DNA of 64,000 bases, taken from assembly GCF_001194135.2 (NCBI RefSeq), contig NC_068987.1, forward strand, positions 93,600,892-93,664,891, given 5' to 3'. Position 1 is the stretch's first letter; every line of letters begins with the position of its first letter. This document shows positions 38,441 to 51,782 of this stretch, piece after piece. Source of the stretch: Octopus bimaculoides (Eukaryota). The translations under genes were made by a program, and so were the position numbers. The notes beneath the pieces are model-generated. The model was given only the letters and a program-made list of their open reading frames with translations. It had not been told where the DNA came from and did no database searches.

Positions 38441-40279
38441 AATTAAAAACTTAGAAGATAAATAAATGATGGCTGCAATTCGATTTCAAGCACTGTCATG
38501 GCTTGCTTGTTCTCTTAAAATTGAATAACTCGGATGTGATTAGAAACCCACAGTCATTTGCGCAGATATGGTACGGATGGGCGCCTCTTGCAGTCGGTGA
38601 TCCTGAGAACTAACCACCCACACGAACACATGGCTTTATCCATTCACGGAATTTTTCATTGAACGTTTTGGCTTCTTCAGTTACGGCCAGTCATAGTAAG
38701 CATCACACAAGAGAGATGTTAAAATTCAAGCGCTGCTCTGTGCAGACGGTGAATCTCACTTTCTAAGCAACGTTTGTATTTTTCCCGAAAGAACACCCAA
38801 TCTACATCATTGGAGGCAAACGAATTCCCAGGTATTAAACCAGTTTTCTGATAGAAACTTGTCTAGATAAAGACAAGCCTCCTCCAACGGGTATCTCTCG
38901 CAATACCAAGAAGCAATGATATTCCACACAAGATATATATAGAAGTTTATACTGGAACGCTTTCGCCAATATTCATCATTGTAAATAATTATAAATTCGA
39001 AAAGTTTTCAAATGTTACGAAATTTAGAAAAATCATCTATGCATTCATTTATATGCGTTTAAATGTGTTTATTCTTCGAAAATAATCAAGCATTATGATC
39101 TATGAATCAAAATGTTCATCTTTAAAATATTTGAAACATCGTAATAAATTAGCAGTCTGATTGTTTTATGTTTATTCTTATTGCTTATACGCTGAAACTA
39201 TTTAGGTATTGTGCTCTGTGAATGAGACATATAAATTCTATAATATTTGAAATATATTCAAACATTATGACTAAAATTAGTGGTACAATTTATAGATCAT
39301 AAAATCTGAATATTTTAGAAATACAAAAAATTTAAATATGAAACTATAAACTGATAAGATATATTTTATTTTCCATAATATTTAAAACTTCGTCCATTTA
39401 ATTTTGGAATTTTAATACCGGCAGCTTTCCAAATATATACTCTTTCACGTTTTTTGTCTGTATATTCCCCGACATATATGTGCACACACATAAACGTACA
39501 CGCACGTACACAGACACACACACACTCACATACATACTCATACATACGCACATACACACAAACGCACGCATACACACATACACGTGTATGCATATATTTT
39601 GAGAAAAGAGAGTTGTATGTTTGTGGGATGGATGAAAGTGAGAAAGCGATAGAGGAAAGGAAAACATTTCTGTCCATGACACTAACACAACCATACAACT
39701 ACCACTCAATGACAGTTTTCAGCTGTTCTGCCTCTCCTTTTCAACAGATTCTGCTTTTCTATTGCTTGCATCGTTCGCTATTTATTTGTATTTCTCTACA
39801 AAGGATGGCAACTATTCCTTAAGATATGACATCCTGGCTTCACGACAAACCGAAGTACATCAACACTTATAGACAGAAGTTGAAAATTCCCTGCATATTA
39901 CGACTAATGTTTCATGTGCATTTAGCAATCATCAGTTGGGAAGAGAAATTCTTTGAGTGAACCATTTTTATTCTAACACTGTATGGTAAACAAAATTTTG
40001 TAAATCGAAAGAATGAACCCACCCGCACCACACCCACATGCATACACACGCACTTACACACACACACACACAGATACATAATTATCATGAAAGAACTCCT
40101 GTCCCATCTGTTTATAAAAAACAAGGACACCATTCATTAGCATCGACGAAATTTACAATAACATCAAGTACTATAGGGTTGGGAAGCGCAGTGAAGAATA
40201 TTCTATTCTCCAGTAATGTCTACGAAACATAACTGAAACAGCAGGTTTCTGGTGGAATCAATTATACGCATGCGCGCAT

Positions 40280-40382
<103 letters not shown>

Positions 40383-40487
40383 CACATATCAAATAAGCAT
40401 AAAACAAAAGCGGTATTCAATACTTTACAGGACTTGAATGCATTCCAGGATCGAACACCTGTCTTCTGATTATTACTGTCTAAATTT

Positions 40488-40679
40488 CAGAGTCGTAAGC
40501 CGGACAAATTGCTTGGCGGCATTTCGTCCGTTTTCACGTTCTACGTTCAGATTCTGGTGATGTTGGTTGATATGCATTTCATCCTTTCGGGGCCGATAAA
40601 ATAAGTGAAACAGTGGGATCGATATATTCGATTAGTCCCCTCCCCTAAAATTTCAAGCCTTGTCTCAAGAGTAGAGAGG

Positions 40680-40710
<31 letters not shown>
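40488..40710 (+). mobile_element. SINE family B (5'-truncated) with (TTA)n tail
   Basis: TTTCATCCTTTCGGGGCCGATAAAATAAGT...CCCCTCCCCTAAAATTTCAAGCCTTG...GAGAGG(ATT)n. Confidence 0.75.
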
Positions 40711-40712
<2 letters not shown>

Positions 40713-41257
40713 GAGAGACAGTGCATGCCAACAAAGTGTCACTGGAGTAAAATATACGAATCCCACTATACCCCCCATGACTAGCCATCTGATTAGAGTA
40801 CACCAGGCACATGCTTCACAGCCATATGTGTTGTGCGACATGGTGAACTCCTGTCAAGATAAACTGCACATGACCTTGCAAAAGAGCCCAGTTACAATTC
40901 TCTTCAGGTCGAGTAATCCATCCCGCTCAAAAGGTTCCTGGATAAGGGTTGTTTAAAGATGTTGCACGAAACACCCATGTTTCCAGAGGTGAATTATTCA
41001 AACTCCAAAGAATTCTTCTCAACACATGGCTATGATGCTTCCCCACTACTTCCGCTCGTGATCAGAGATGAACATATTGTCAGCCACTAAGGGACATGCT
41101 CAACTGGTTAAGGCCAAACAACTGACAAGCAAATCTGTGGTATTAAGCAGAACATATGCTGTAGCCCATCGTTTATACCAATACAAAACAATGTACGTGA
41201 TAACACTGCCAGTCAGTTAAGATCAAAAGCCATGGGAGCCATTGTCTGCTACTGCAT
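40710..41257 (-). mobile_element. Family F, near full length
   Basis: Reverse complement of 19319-19864; its (AAT)n tail is shared with the adjacent SINE B. Confidence 0.85.
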
Positions 41258-41330
41258 TTTCATTTGTCACAAAAAGTCACTTAAAGAAATTCATCACAGT
41301 AATGAAGACTTGGGAATCCAAAATTTCAGG

Positions 41331-41374
<44 letters not shown>

Positions 41375-41375
41375 A

Positions 41376-41752
41376 TGGAGGCGCAATGGTCCAGTGGTTG
41401 GGGAGGTGGACTCGCGGTCATAGGATCACTGTTTCGATTCCCAGACCCGGCGTTGAGTGTTTATTGAGCTGAAATACCTAAAAGCTCCATGAAGGTCCCG
41501 CAGGGTGCGGTGGCAAACCCTGCTGTACTCTTTCACAACTTTCTCTCACTCTTTCTTGCTGTTTCTGTTGTACCTTTATTTCAAAGGGTCAGCCTTGTCA
41601 CACTCTGTGTCACGCTGAATCTCCCCGAGAACTACGTTAAAGGTACACGTATCTGTGGAATGCTCAGCTACTTGCACGTTAATTTCACGAGCAGGCTGTT
41701 CCGTTGATCGGATCAACTGGAACCCTGGTCGTCGTAACCGACGGAGTGCCAC
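41376..41752 (+). mobile_element. tRNA-derived SINE, family D
   Basis: tRNA-like head with A box TGGTCCAGTGG and B box GTTTCGATTCC, non-tRNA body, (TA)n tail. Single copy in the window. Confidence 0.7.
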
Positions 41753-41755
41753 GTC

Positions 41756-41832
<77 letters not shown>

Positions 41833-42503
41833 CATACACACACACGTATGTATGTATGTATGTATGTAAGTATGCATGTATGTTTGTAACTATATATGTA
41901 TGTTTGTAGCTATATATGTAGTTATGTATGAAATACATTCAGATGTAGATATCAATTATTTACCAAGTTATCCGTTTAAAAACACAAACAGACATTTTAC
42001 ATCAAACGGAAACTTGAACCTGCTCTCATATATCTTTCAATATAGAAGTTGTTTGTGGCGGATTTACTGACAAAATAATCATTTTGTAAGAGCATTTGTT
42101 TCGAGCTAAACTTTGATTGTTGTATAACGATGTGACTAATGGACACTTGGATAGAAGTCAATGCGTTCAATCTTGGCTGAGAACGGCTTGCAGAAAACAC
42201 AAAGAAACACTCCGGCAAGCAAGCATTGAAATATTCGGTGCGCGACTAAGTGGAAGGGAGCCACACAGTTCAGTTGTTGAGAAGGAAAATAAAAAAGATT
42301 AAAAAATGCGATGGATCAATTTAGCGCAAGTGAATGAAAATTTCGTAAGATCAAAGAAAATATTATCAATGCTAGAAGTTGAATAAAAATAAAACCTAAA
42401 GCTGAGTGAAGGTAAAAGTGCTATTGATATTTAGGTCTGTACGCGTTTGAGTGCATGTCTATGTTTGTGTGTGTGTGAGTGAGTGAGTGAGTGAGTGAAT
42501 AAA

Positions 42504-42554
<51 letters not shown>

Positions 42555-43392
42555 CTTTGTGTAAAGTAAAAGGTGGATGCATTTGTCCATTAGTAAAATG
42601 GTTTTCTTCAATAAGAACATATCCTAAGATATTCCTCATCACCATCACCAACACTTCCATCAGACACAGTATTATTATTTATACAAAAAAGCGTCTGCAT
42701 CATTTAATCATCATCATCGCCATAATTATCACATGTCTCCACCATGATCCGCATAATTCTCCTCTGCCTCCTCCTCATCATCATCAGTAGCAGCAGCAGC
42801 AACACTACAGCCCTGGCCACCTCCACCATCACCACCAATATTATGATCTTTGTGGCAGAGTTGACAATCAACTAAACTCTTCAGATTTTGGTTTCAATTC
42901 CAAGCATGAAATAATGTGGACAACCAAGATTAGAACACCTACCCGTTCACCCGCAAACCCACCCCAGACGAGGCAATGGATTCCTATATTGCCCTCTGTT
43001 GAAGTGATTTTTGCATTTCAGTCTTCCCAAGATCGACAAAATATCTACCAATATTTTTATATCGAGATCGATTAAATTAATCCCCGTATATATTGATACA
43101 CATAAAAAATGTCCTTGTCCCTACCGCACCACGACTGAAATCAATACTGCACTGACATAAAATATGGGATACAAGAAATAAAATATGTTTTACTTTTCTA
43201 TAATTTCACGCCTTGGAATGTTGGGGGCGCCCATATTGAAGCTGGTCTGGTTCTTATTTTATCGTCTCTGCTTGTGAAATCGTTAATCTGTGAGGCTTTG
43301 ATAATATAATCGAACGGTTTTTACACCTGTAGGAATATAATAACGAGTACGGAGACATACACACCCGTATGAATCAAATTATATACGTGCAT

Positions 43393-43553
43393 GCATGTGC
43401 GTAGCGGTTGAGTAAGAAGCTTGCTTCCCAACCACATAGATCCGGGTTCAGTCCCATTGTGTGGAACCTTCTGCAACCGATTTCTGCTATAGACCCCGCC
43501 CAACCAGACACGTGAGTGGATTTGTTAAACGGAAACTGAAAGAGGTCCGTCGT
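43393..43553 (+). mobile_element. SINE family A
   Basis: AAGCTTGCTTCCCAACCAC...GGGTTCAGTCCC...GTGAGTGGATTTG...GGAAACTGAAAG; homologous to 1758-1914. Confidence 0.8.
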
Positions 43554-43554
43554 T

Positions 43555-43589
<35 letters not shown>

Positions 43590-43788
43590 NNNNNNNNNNN
43601 NNNNNNNNNNNNNNNNNNNNNNNNNNNNNNNNNNNNNNNNNNNNNNNNNNNNNNNNNNNNNNNNNNNNNNNNNNNNNNNNNNNNNNNNNNNNNNNNNNNN
43701 NNNNNNNNNNNNNNNNNNNNNNNNNNNNNNNNNNNNNNNNNNNNNNNNNNNNNNNNNNNNNNNNNNNNNNNNNNNNNNNNNNNNNNNN

Positions 43789-43836
<48 letters not shown>

Positions 43837-43986
43837 TGTATGTATGCATGAATATATCTATCTATCTAGCTAGCTATCCATATACTTTATAATTATAAAA
43901 GCTGCCAAAACATCACAAGCATATCCCATACATACATACATACATACAAACATATATACAATCATCGCACGCACGCACGCACACAC

Positions 43987-44051
<65 letters not shown>

Positions 44052-44775
44052 AATGTGTGTGTATGTTAATCTGTGTGTGTGTTCATGTGTGGAGTGTGAT
44101 TGTGTGTTTGTTTACATTAAACATTTTCAGTAAAAGAGTTAGGGTAGAATTTGGTTGGGGATTTGTGTTCCGTATCGACATAACATGAGAATCGACACTT
44201 GAGAGCCTGTCATTTGATAGATGTGCAAGAACACATTAGATGGCTTACTATTGAACAAGCAATGATCAGTCGTATAAAGAAGAGATAATCTTGAGTGGAA
44301 AGTATTTCATCTTAGATAGGTTTTCATCAAAGCCATGAATCATCAACAACGAGACGACACAACAACTACAACAACAAAAACTACAATAATTCCAGCAATG
44401 TATTAACAATAAAATAATGATAATATTTCTAATAGTTTTCTCAATACGTATTGATATTTCCATTAAGACGAAATATTTATCAATTTTACAGAGATCGCAT
44501 TGATTTGTTTCTTTTAATATAAGACCTGAGTAGTTCGATGACGATTGACCCTTCAACATCCAAGTACTGTCGTTCATTATACGACTGTATAATACGTCGA
44601 GTTTATATTTATCAGAGTTTATATTTATCATACATACACACATAAAAACACACACTTATATACATATATATATTTATATATATATATAAAGTATGAGTCA
44701 AAAGAAAGAGTAAGTACGGTTAGGAAGCGTTTTAATCAACTGACATACATACATACATACATACATACATACATT

Positions 44776-45876
44776 TTTTTTTTCTTTTTTAAGTTTCAGC
44801 TTAGAGCTGCGGCCATGCTGATGCACCACCATGTTGCTACACTATGTGGCATTTGGTGAAGAATGGAGTTTGATTTAGCAACCCTCATTTGCACCTCCTG
44901 CCGCGAGGTAGGTTCATCTGGGACTCTCGATAGGAAGAGGTCCAGCTTTGATTTAAAAACCCCTACATCTACTTTGTGCAGATTCCTCAGGCTCTTTGGC
45001 AGAATATTAAAAAGCTTTGGGCCCCTGAATCCCAAGCTGTTGCAGTAACTGGTCNNNNNNNNNNNNNNNNNNNNNNNNNNNNNNNNNNNNNNNNNNNNNN
45101 NNNNNNNNNNNNNNNNNNNNNNNNNNNNNNNNNNNNNNNNNNNNNNNNNNNNNNNNNNNNNNNNNNNNNNNNNNNNNNNNNNNNNNNNNNNNNNNNNNNN
45201 NNNNNNNNNNNNNNNNNNNNNNNNNNNNNNNNNNNNNNNNNNNNNNNNNNNNNNNNNNNNNNNNNNNNNNNNNNNNNNNNNNNNNNNNNNNNNNNNNNNN
45301 NNNNNNNNNNNNNNNNNNNNNNNNNNNNNNNNNNNNNNNNNNNNNNNNNNNNNNNNNNNNNNNNNNNNNNNNNNNNNNNNNNNNNNNNNNNNNNNNNNNN
45401 NNNNNNNNNNNNNNNNNNNNNNNNNNNNNNNNNNNNNNNNNNNNNNNNNNNNNNNNAGCACGAATGTCCTCCAGAGGATCATCATGGTTTCCTTATCTCT
45501 GGTTCTGAATGTTCTCAGGATCCATCCAGCCAATCGTCTGCACTTTGTTGCCATCCTGGTAATGTGCACTTGGAAAGAGGTATCATCACTCATGTCGATA
45601 CCCAGGTCTCTCACTGATTTAGGCTCTGGGATTGAAATTCCCTGCGGACCAGTGTACTCGGTATGTTTCATATTCCGCTTTGGACGTTGGTAGCGCAGGG
45701 CTTGGGATTTTTCAGCATTAAACTGCATATTATTGTCCTCAGCCCATCTGTAAACTGAGTCCAATTCCTGCTGCTGGTGTGCAACATCACTGGAGTTCTG
45801 TATTTTCTGCGAGACTTTTGTATCGTCTGCGTAGCTTGCAAGAGTGGCATACTCGTCTAAGTATAGGTGGTTTCGC
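44776..45876 (-). mobile_element. CR1/L2-group LINE, 3' part (RT C-terminal half + 3' UTR), interrupted by an assembly gap
   Basis: SYADDTKV, LDSVYRWAEDNNMQFNAEK, VRDLGIDMS, GWILRTF, GPKLFNILP, FKSKLDLFL..VPDEP. A-rich tail into (TACA)n. Confidence 0.85.
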
Positions 45877-46542
45877 NNNNNNNNNNNNNNNNNNNNNNNN
45901 NNNNNNNNNNNNNNNNNNNNNNNNNNNNNNNNNNNNNNNNNNNNNNNNNNNNNNNNNNNNNNNNNNNNNNNNNNNNNNNNNNNNNNNNNNNNNNNNNNNN
46001 NNNNNNNNNNNNNNNNNNNNNNNNNNNNNNNNNNNNNNNNNNNNNNNNNNNNNNNNNNNNNNNNNNNNNNNNNNNNNNNNNNNNNNNNNNNNNNNNNNNN
46101 NNNNNNNNNNNNNNNNNNNNNNNNNNNNNNNNNNNNNNNNNNNNNNNNNNNNNNNNNNNNNNNNNNNNNNNNNNNNNNNNNNNNNNNNNNNNNNNNNNNN
46201 NNNNNNNNNNNNNNNNNNNNNNNNNNNNNNNNNNNNNNNNNNNNNNNNNNNNNNNNNNNNNNNNNNNNNNNNNNNNNNNNNNNNNNNNNNNNNNNNNNNN
46301 NNNNNNNNNNNNNNNNNNNNNNNNNNNNNNNNNNNNNNNNNNNNNNNNNNNNNNNNNNNNNNNNNNNNNNNNNNNNNNNNNNNNNNNNNNNNNNNNNNNN
46401 NNNNNNNNNNNNNNNNNNNNNNNNNNNNNNNNNNNNNNNNNNNNNNNNNNNNNNNNNNNNNNNNNNNNNNNNNNNNNNNNNNNNNNNNNNNNNNNNNNNN
46501 NNNNNNNNNNATATATATATATATATATATATATATAAACAT

Positions 46543-46735
46543 TGTTTATCTTTTGTTTCAGTCATTAGAGTGAGACCATGCTGGAGCAGCACCTTGAAGA
46601 ATTTTTAGTCGAATGAATCGACCCCAGTATGTTTTTTAAGCCTCGTATATATTTATCATTCCGTTTTGCTAGACTGCTACGTTATTGGTCCGTAAACATA
46701 CCAACAGCGGTTGCCAAGTTGTGGTGTGAGACAGA
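46543..46735 (-). mobile_element. SINE family C (diverged)
   Basis: GTTTCAGTCATTAGAGTGAGACCATGCTGGAGCAGCACC...AGTCGAATGAATCGACCCCAG. Confidence 0.65.
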
Positions 46736-47077
46736 CACAGTACCACAGGCTTTGTTCTGTTACTGTCTATCAAATCCCTTCAGAAGGAATTGGTGACCCC
46801 AAAGCTATTGCAGAAGACACTTGCTCTGCCCAACATTCTACAGTCTCACTGAATCTGGAGCCATGTGTTTGGCAAGGAAGCGTTTCACTAGAAAATTTGT
46901 CATAATAGCTAATGATGATGTTGTCCAACCTCCGGTTTTAATGCCCAGGGTAAAACCTGTTACTGGGATAGGATCTAGTGGATCCATAATACTGTATTCC
47001 TTGAATGGTATATATTAATGTGTGTGTGTTTGTGTATGTGCGGGATTGGATGTGTTCGTAAGTGCGTATATATGTAT

Positions 47078-47822
47078 TTTTCTTTGTGTTTTATTTCAGT
47101 TCCTAAGAGAGTTCAAACCGGTTGCTAATAGAATGAGAAATTATTCCGAGTCAAGAGATTCGCCGGTGTTTGTAAGTAAGCGATTGTGATGGTTGTCAGT
47201 TGAATTGTTGATGCAGACATACGGATGAGCGTGCATCTATTCATCAAGAAAATATTAGATAGATAATCTTTGGATTCTCTAGCAAATCTTCAATGAGCTG
47301 CTAATAGTTTGGACGTAGAAATACTTGGTTTCACGGGAAAAGAGTAAAGGAAACTGACGCGGATTATCTAAGTTTTGGGGCAAACTTGTTGGTACATAAC
47401 TCAATGCACCTTTGATAATAGGTACAAATTAGAATTCATAGTCAGCACGAGTGCTCTACGTTCTGCATTCATTCGCCATGCATGGTCTATTTTCCTCGGT
47501 GTTTGATTGTAGATTCACATCCGCTGGTCAGCTGAACTCTGCAACAAGGGCATGACTTTTGTACCTTGTTTCAAAGCACAATATCATATCTGCTATGTTT
47601 GCACCGAATTATAATTTCTTTTCTCTTTTTTTTAATAGTATTCCCTCAGTATTCCTTATTTTTAAATGTGTGAGTATACGTTGGTCCTCACAGTCCTCAA
47701 GAGAATCATCCTTCCTGAGAATAGCATTGTAGATAGCTTTTGTAACAATATTATGCCTAGGAGGCTGGTAGGATATTTTGGGGCAGCTGCTGATGATGTG
47801 GGTAATATCTTTGGTCGTATAT

Positions 47823-47854
<32 letters not shown>

Positions 47855-47926
47855 ACTCTCTCTCTCTTTCTTTCTCTCTCTCACTCTCTCTCTCTCTCTC
47901 TCTCTATCTCTCATTTTTCTCTCTCT

Positions 47927-48010
<84 letters not shown>

Positions 48011-48225
48011 TTCTCTCTCTAGCAAATATTTATCACCTATTCCCGAATAGCAGAAGCATATCGTTCTAAGTGAGATATACGCAATGTATCCCAAGTCTAG
48101 AGGACGGTAATTTTTCTTTCAATGTTATCTTCTATCCTATGGGATACGTAACTATACATTGTATTTTCCTGCTATGGTGCGTGCTTCTCCTCCAAGATTC
48201 TGTTTAGGATGGCTAATCCAGCGTC
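47078..48225 (-). mobile_element. R4/Dong-clade LINE 3' fragment, split by a (GA)n expansion at ~47821-48020
   Basis: TMYSYVSHRIE, SHLERYASAIRE, DITHIISSCPK..RHNIVTKAIYNAI, CKHSRYDIVL, FVPIIKGALSYVP are collinear with the 37-38 kb element. Confidence 0.75.
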
Positions 48226-48269
48226 CTTTGTGCGCACATGTATGTATATGCACATGGATGTATGGATGT

Positions 48270-48672
48270 TGCTTCTTTGAGTTTAATTTAAGTTCTTGAA
48301 AAGGTTCAACTCGGTCGCGAAATAAGCGACAAAACCTTTTTGGGTGAAGAGAATTCCCGGTGTTTGTAAATGTGTTTGAATTCGTGTCTTACTCGAACGG
48401 CTGATGCAAGTGTGTGCATCTGTTCACAAAAGACTCTCACATTGAGAATTTTTGGAATTTTCACAGTGCCACTATAGATTGGATTTAGAGAATCTTTTTC
48501 CGTGAGATTGAGTATTTCTAGTTATTTGTTTGTGCAAATGTTTTGGTACAAAACCTAATGCAATTATGATGATAGGTACAAGTGCGATTTCATAACCAGG
48601 GTACAAGAACTGAAAGTTCCGCATTAATTCGCTATAAATGTTCTCTTTTATTCTTCGACATTTCATATGTAT
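48270..48672 (-). mobile_element. R4/Dong-clade LINE extreme 3' fragment
   Basis: IKENIYSELMRNFQFLYPGYEIALVPIIIIALGFVPK matches KEDIYGQLLRNLQLLYPDYEFIFIPIIIGALGFV. The 3' UTR is homologous to that of 47078-47230. Confidence 0.75.
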
Positions 48673-48677
48673 GCTTG

Positions 48678-48829
48678 CATGGCTGCGTGCTGGAGGTTCC
48701 ATTGCCAATCCCATGGTTCTGCTTTTAGTGCCATGGTGTGGAAACTCGGTCAAGCATCTTCTATAACTCCGAAGCGACCAAAGCGTTATAAATGAGTGGA
48801 TTTGGTAGATGGAAAATATCCGAAGCCTG

Positions 48830-48831
<2 letters not shown>
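48678..48831 (+). mobile_element. SINE family A (diverged)
   Basis: GAGTGGATTTGGTAGATGGAAA...GAAGCCTGTC then (CA)n. Confidence 0.6.
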
Positions 48832-48871
<40 letters not shown>

Positions 48872-51303
48872 ACACGCACGCGGGCACGGGCGCGCGCGGG
48901 AAGCAAGCCTACACCGCTAATATGCGCGCTAACAGATTACATCAAACTAATCACTCGAGAATTCCCTGTTAGATTTAAGGAATATTATTTCATTGCGTTG
49001 CGTAAACAAATGTATTCGTATTCTCGGTTAAATGAAGAGACGGAGATGAGTGTAAGCAGACAAACATTCGATTCTCTCGCGTTCTAAAATCCGCTTTTTT
49101 CTATCGCGGGATTATATGCCCTAACAATAAACTATATTCTTAGCCAATACACAGTGAACGCTTATAAGCTTAAAGTTTATGATCATTTACAGAAGTTTCA
49201 TTCATCAGCTTTTCCTCATTTAACACNNNNNNNNNNNNNNNNNNNNNNNNNNNNNNNNNNNNNNNNNNNNNNNNNNNNNNNNNNNNNNNNNNNNNNNNNN
49301 NNNNNNNNNNNNNNNNNNNNNNNNNNNNNNNNNNNNNNNNNNNNNNNNNNNNNNNNNNNNNNNNNNNNNNNNNNNNNNNNNNNNNNNNNNNNNNNNNNNN
49401 NNNNNNNNNNNNNNNNNNNNNNNNNNNNNNNNNNNNNNNNNNNNNNNNNNNNNNNNNNNNNNNNNNNNNNNNNNNNNNNNNNNNNNNNNNNNNNNNNNNN
49501 NNNNNNNNNNNNNNNNNNNNNNNNNNNNNNNNNNNNNNNNNNNNNNNNNNNNNNNNNNNNNNNNNNNNNNNNNNNNNNNNNNNNNNNNNNNNNNNNNNNN
49601 NNNNNNNNTATATATATGAAATAGTAATGTTGAGATAAACCAATAAAACTGGCATTTATATGAAGAGGTCTTCATGAAATCGTGCCAAAGTGTGTCTCGA
49701 GATATTCGCCAGCATTTGCAGATTGATATACAGTTTCTTGTCATAAGAAATAAAATTATGAAATGGCTTAAAAGAAAGATATAATATAAAAATACAGTTA
49801 GAAAAGACAAACAGTAAATAGCTCTTACAATAAAAGTCGACCATCGCCGCAGACAAAAATAACAGCGAATAATTAAATGAGAACGGCTCACAAATAATGT
49901 GAGACGCTTTATCGAAAAGAGAGACAATAGTTGAGAATTTAATGGCTGAATTTGTTGTAACAGAGACATTAGAAACCGTCTCAGGAGCATCTACAATAGG
50001 AAAATATGTCTACATCTGTGGGAGCGTGGATATGTGTGAGTGTGTGTGTGTTTGCACGTATATATATATATGTGTGTGTGTGCGTGTATGTGTGGGTAGC
50101 TATATGTGTTTGCTTGTGAGAAAGTACATTTTCAATCTCAGTTGTTCTTTCCTTTTATTTGCTTCAATTTTTAGAAAAAAAAATTGTTTATGTTTACATT
50201 GATAGTTGTATTTTGTATTCTTTTCATATTAGTTATGAGGCATAAATATGTACGTGTGTGTACATGTATATATCTTATATCTATATATCTAAATATTTAT
50301 ATGTGCATGCGTGTGTGTATAAATGTGTTTATATGTGTGTGTAAATATATATAATTATAATTTTATTTTTTACTAAATTTAAATTTCAATTCTTTGACCA
50401 AAACTGGTGATTTGTTTCTTTATGTTACAATTCTTATTTTCTATCTTTTTTGTAATTTTTAACTTCATATTTTTTTAAATATAAATTCTATGAATATATT
50501 TGATATTTTTTGTTAATTTTTTTTCTATATAATTTTTTTCACTTAATTCTTTTTCTGCACAAATATTTTTTAAGCAATTTATTCTAAATCTCTTTTTTTT
50601 TTATTCCCTTTTTTTCTATTGATTCTTTTTTTTTTTTTTTTGAGGTTGGTTTTGTTTTCCACCATCTTGTCTTAACCTTTATATTTTTAATTCTCTTCCT
50701 CACAATTTATATCGAATATTTTTTCTCACTCAATATTTTGTTATTATTTCCATTTCGTGTCCATTATTCGTTTGCAGTTTATTTTTAGACTATTTGAAAA
50801 GATTCACACACACACACGTACACATACATATCGCTCTATATTAACACGTATGCGTGTTGTTGTTCTGTTGTATGTGTGGGTGATTTTTTATTGTCGTTCA
50901 TAGTCAAATTTATTTTTTACAGTTTTTATCTCGATTTGAAATTCATTGAGAAATGCTTGAATAATCTTTCAAAACAATGATTGTTGAATAAAAAGAGGAG
51001 AAAAATATAATATTTATGTAAATTCGAACACTAAATGGTATGCTATAGAGACTCTATTACAATTCTTTTCCCTTCTTGCCCCTTCACCGGAGTATTTTTT
51101 GATTTTGTTATTTTTATTTGGTTCTATTTTGTATTTGCTATTTCTCTAAAATAACACTAGGTACAATTGCAATAACAAAAACATTAAAAAAATAACAGTA
51201 AAAAAATCAATAAACTTAAAAACGTCCCCTTATATTTCGTAATCATAACAATCATATCCTATACCGGTACAGTTAATATATCTATTATTATTATTACTAT
51301 TGT

Positions 51304-51746
51304 AAGGCGGTGAACTGGCAAAATCGTTAGCGCGCCGGACGAAATGTTTAGCGGTTTTCGCCTGTCGCTACGTTCTAGGTTCAAATTCCACCGAGGTCAA
51401 CCTCAACTTTCATCCTTTCGGGGTCAATAAAATAAGTACCAGTGAAACACTAAGGCCGATGCAATCGTCTTGTCCCCTCCCCCAAAATTGCTACCCTTCT
51501 AGAAAAATTTGAAATTATTATTATTATTATCATTATTAAGGCGGCGAGGTGGTAGCAAAATGCTTAGCAGTATTTCGTCCCACCGCGCGTTCTGAGTTCA
51601 AATTCCGCAAAGGTTGACTTTCAGCCTTTCATCCTTTCGGGGTCGATAAATTAAGTACCAGTTGAGTACTGAGGTCGATGTAATCGACTTATCTACTCCC
51701 CACATTGTGCTTCCAGTAAAAAGAATTATTATTATTATTATTATTG
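51304..51746 (+). mobile_element. Two head-to-tail SINE family B copies (51304-51513, 51539-51724) with (TTA)n tails
   Basis: Each starts AAGGCGG(T/C)GA, has GTTCAAATTCC and TTTCATCCTTTCGGGGTC.ATAAA..AAGTACCAG. Confidence 0.85.
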
Positions 51747-51782
51747 CCTTTGCACAGCTTCTAACGCTGAAGATGTGTTAGC

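Noticed and set aside
41376-41450. tRNA-like sequence with A and B boxes
   Set aside because: No complete cloverleaf; continues into a SINE body, so it is a SINE head and not a tRNA gene.
49195-49215. CTGATGA-AT-GAAAC hammerhead-like core (minus strand)
   Set aside because: No room for stem II and no stem I pairing.
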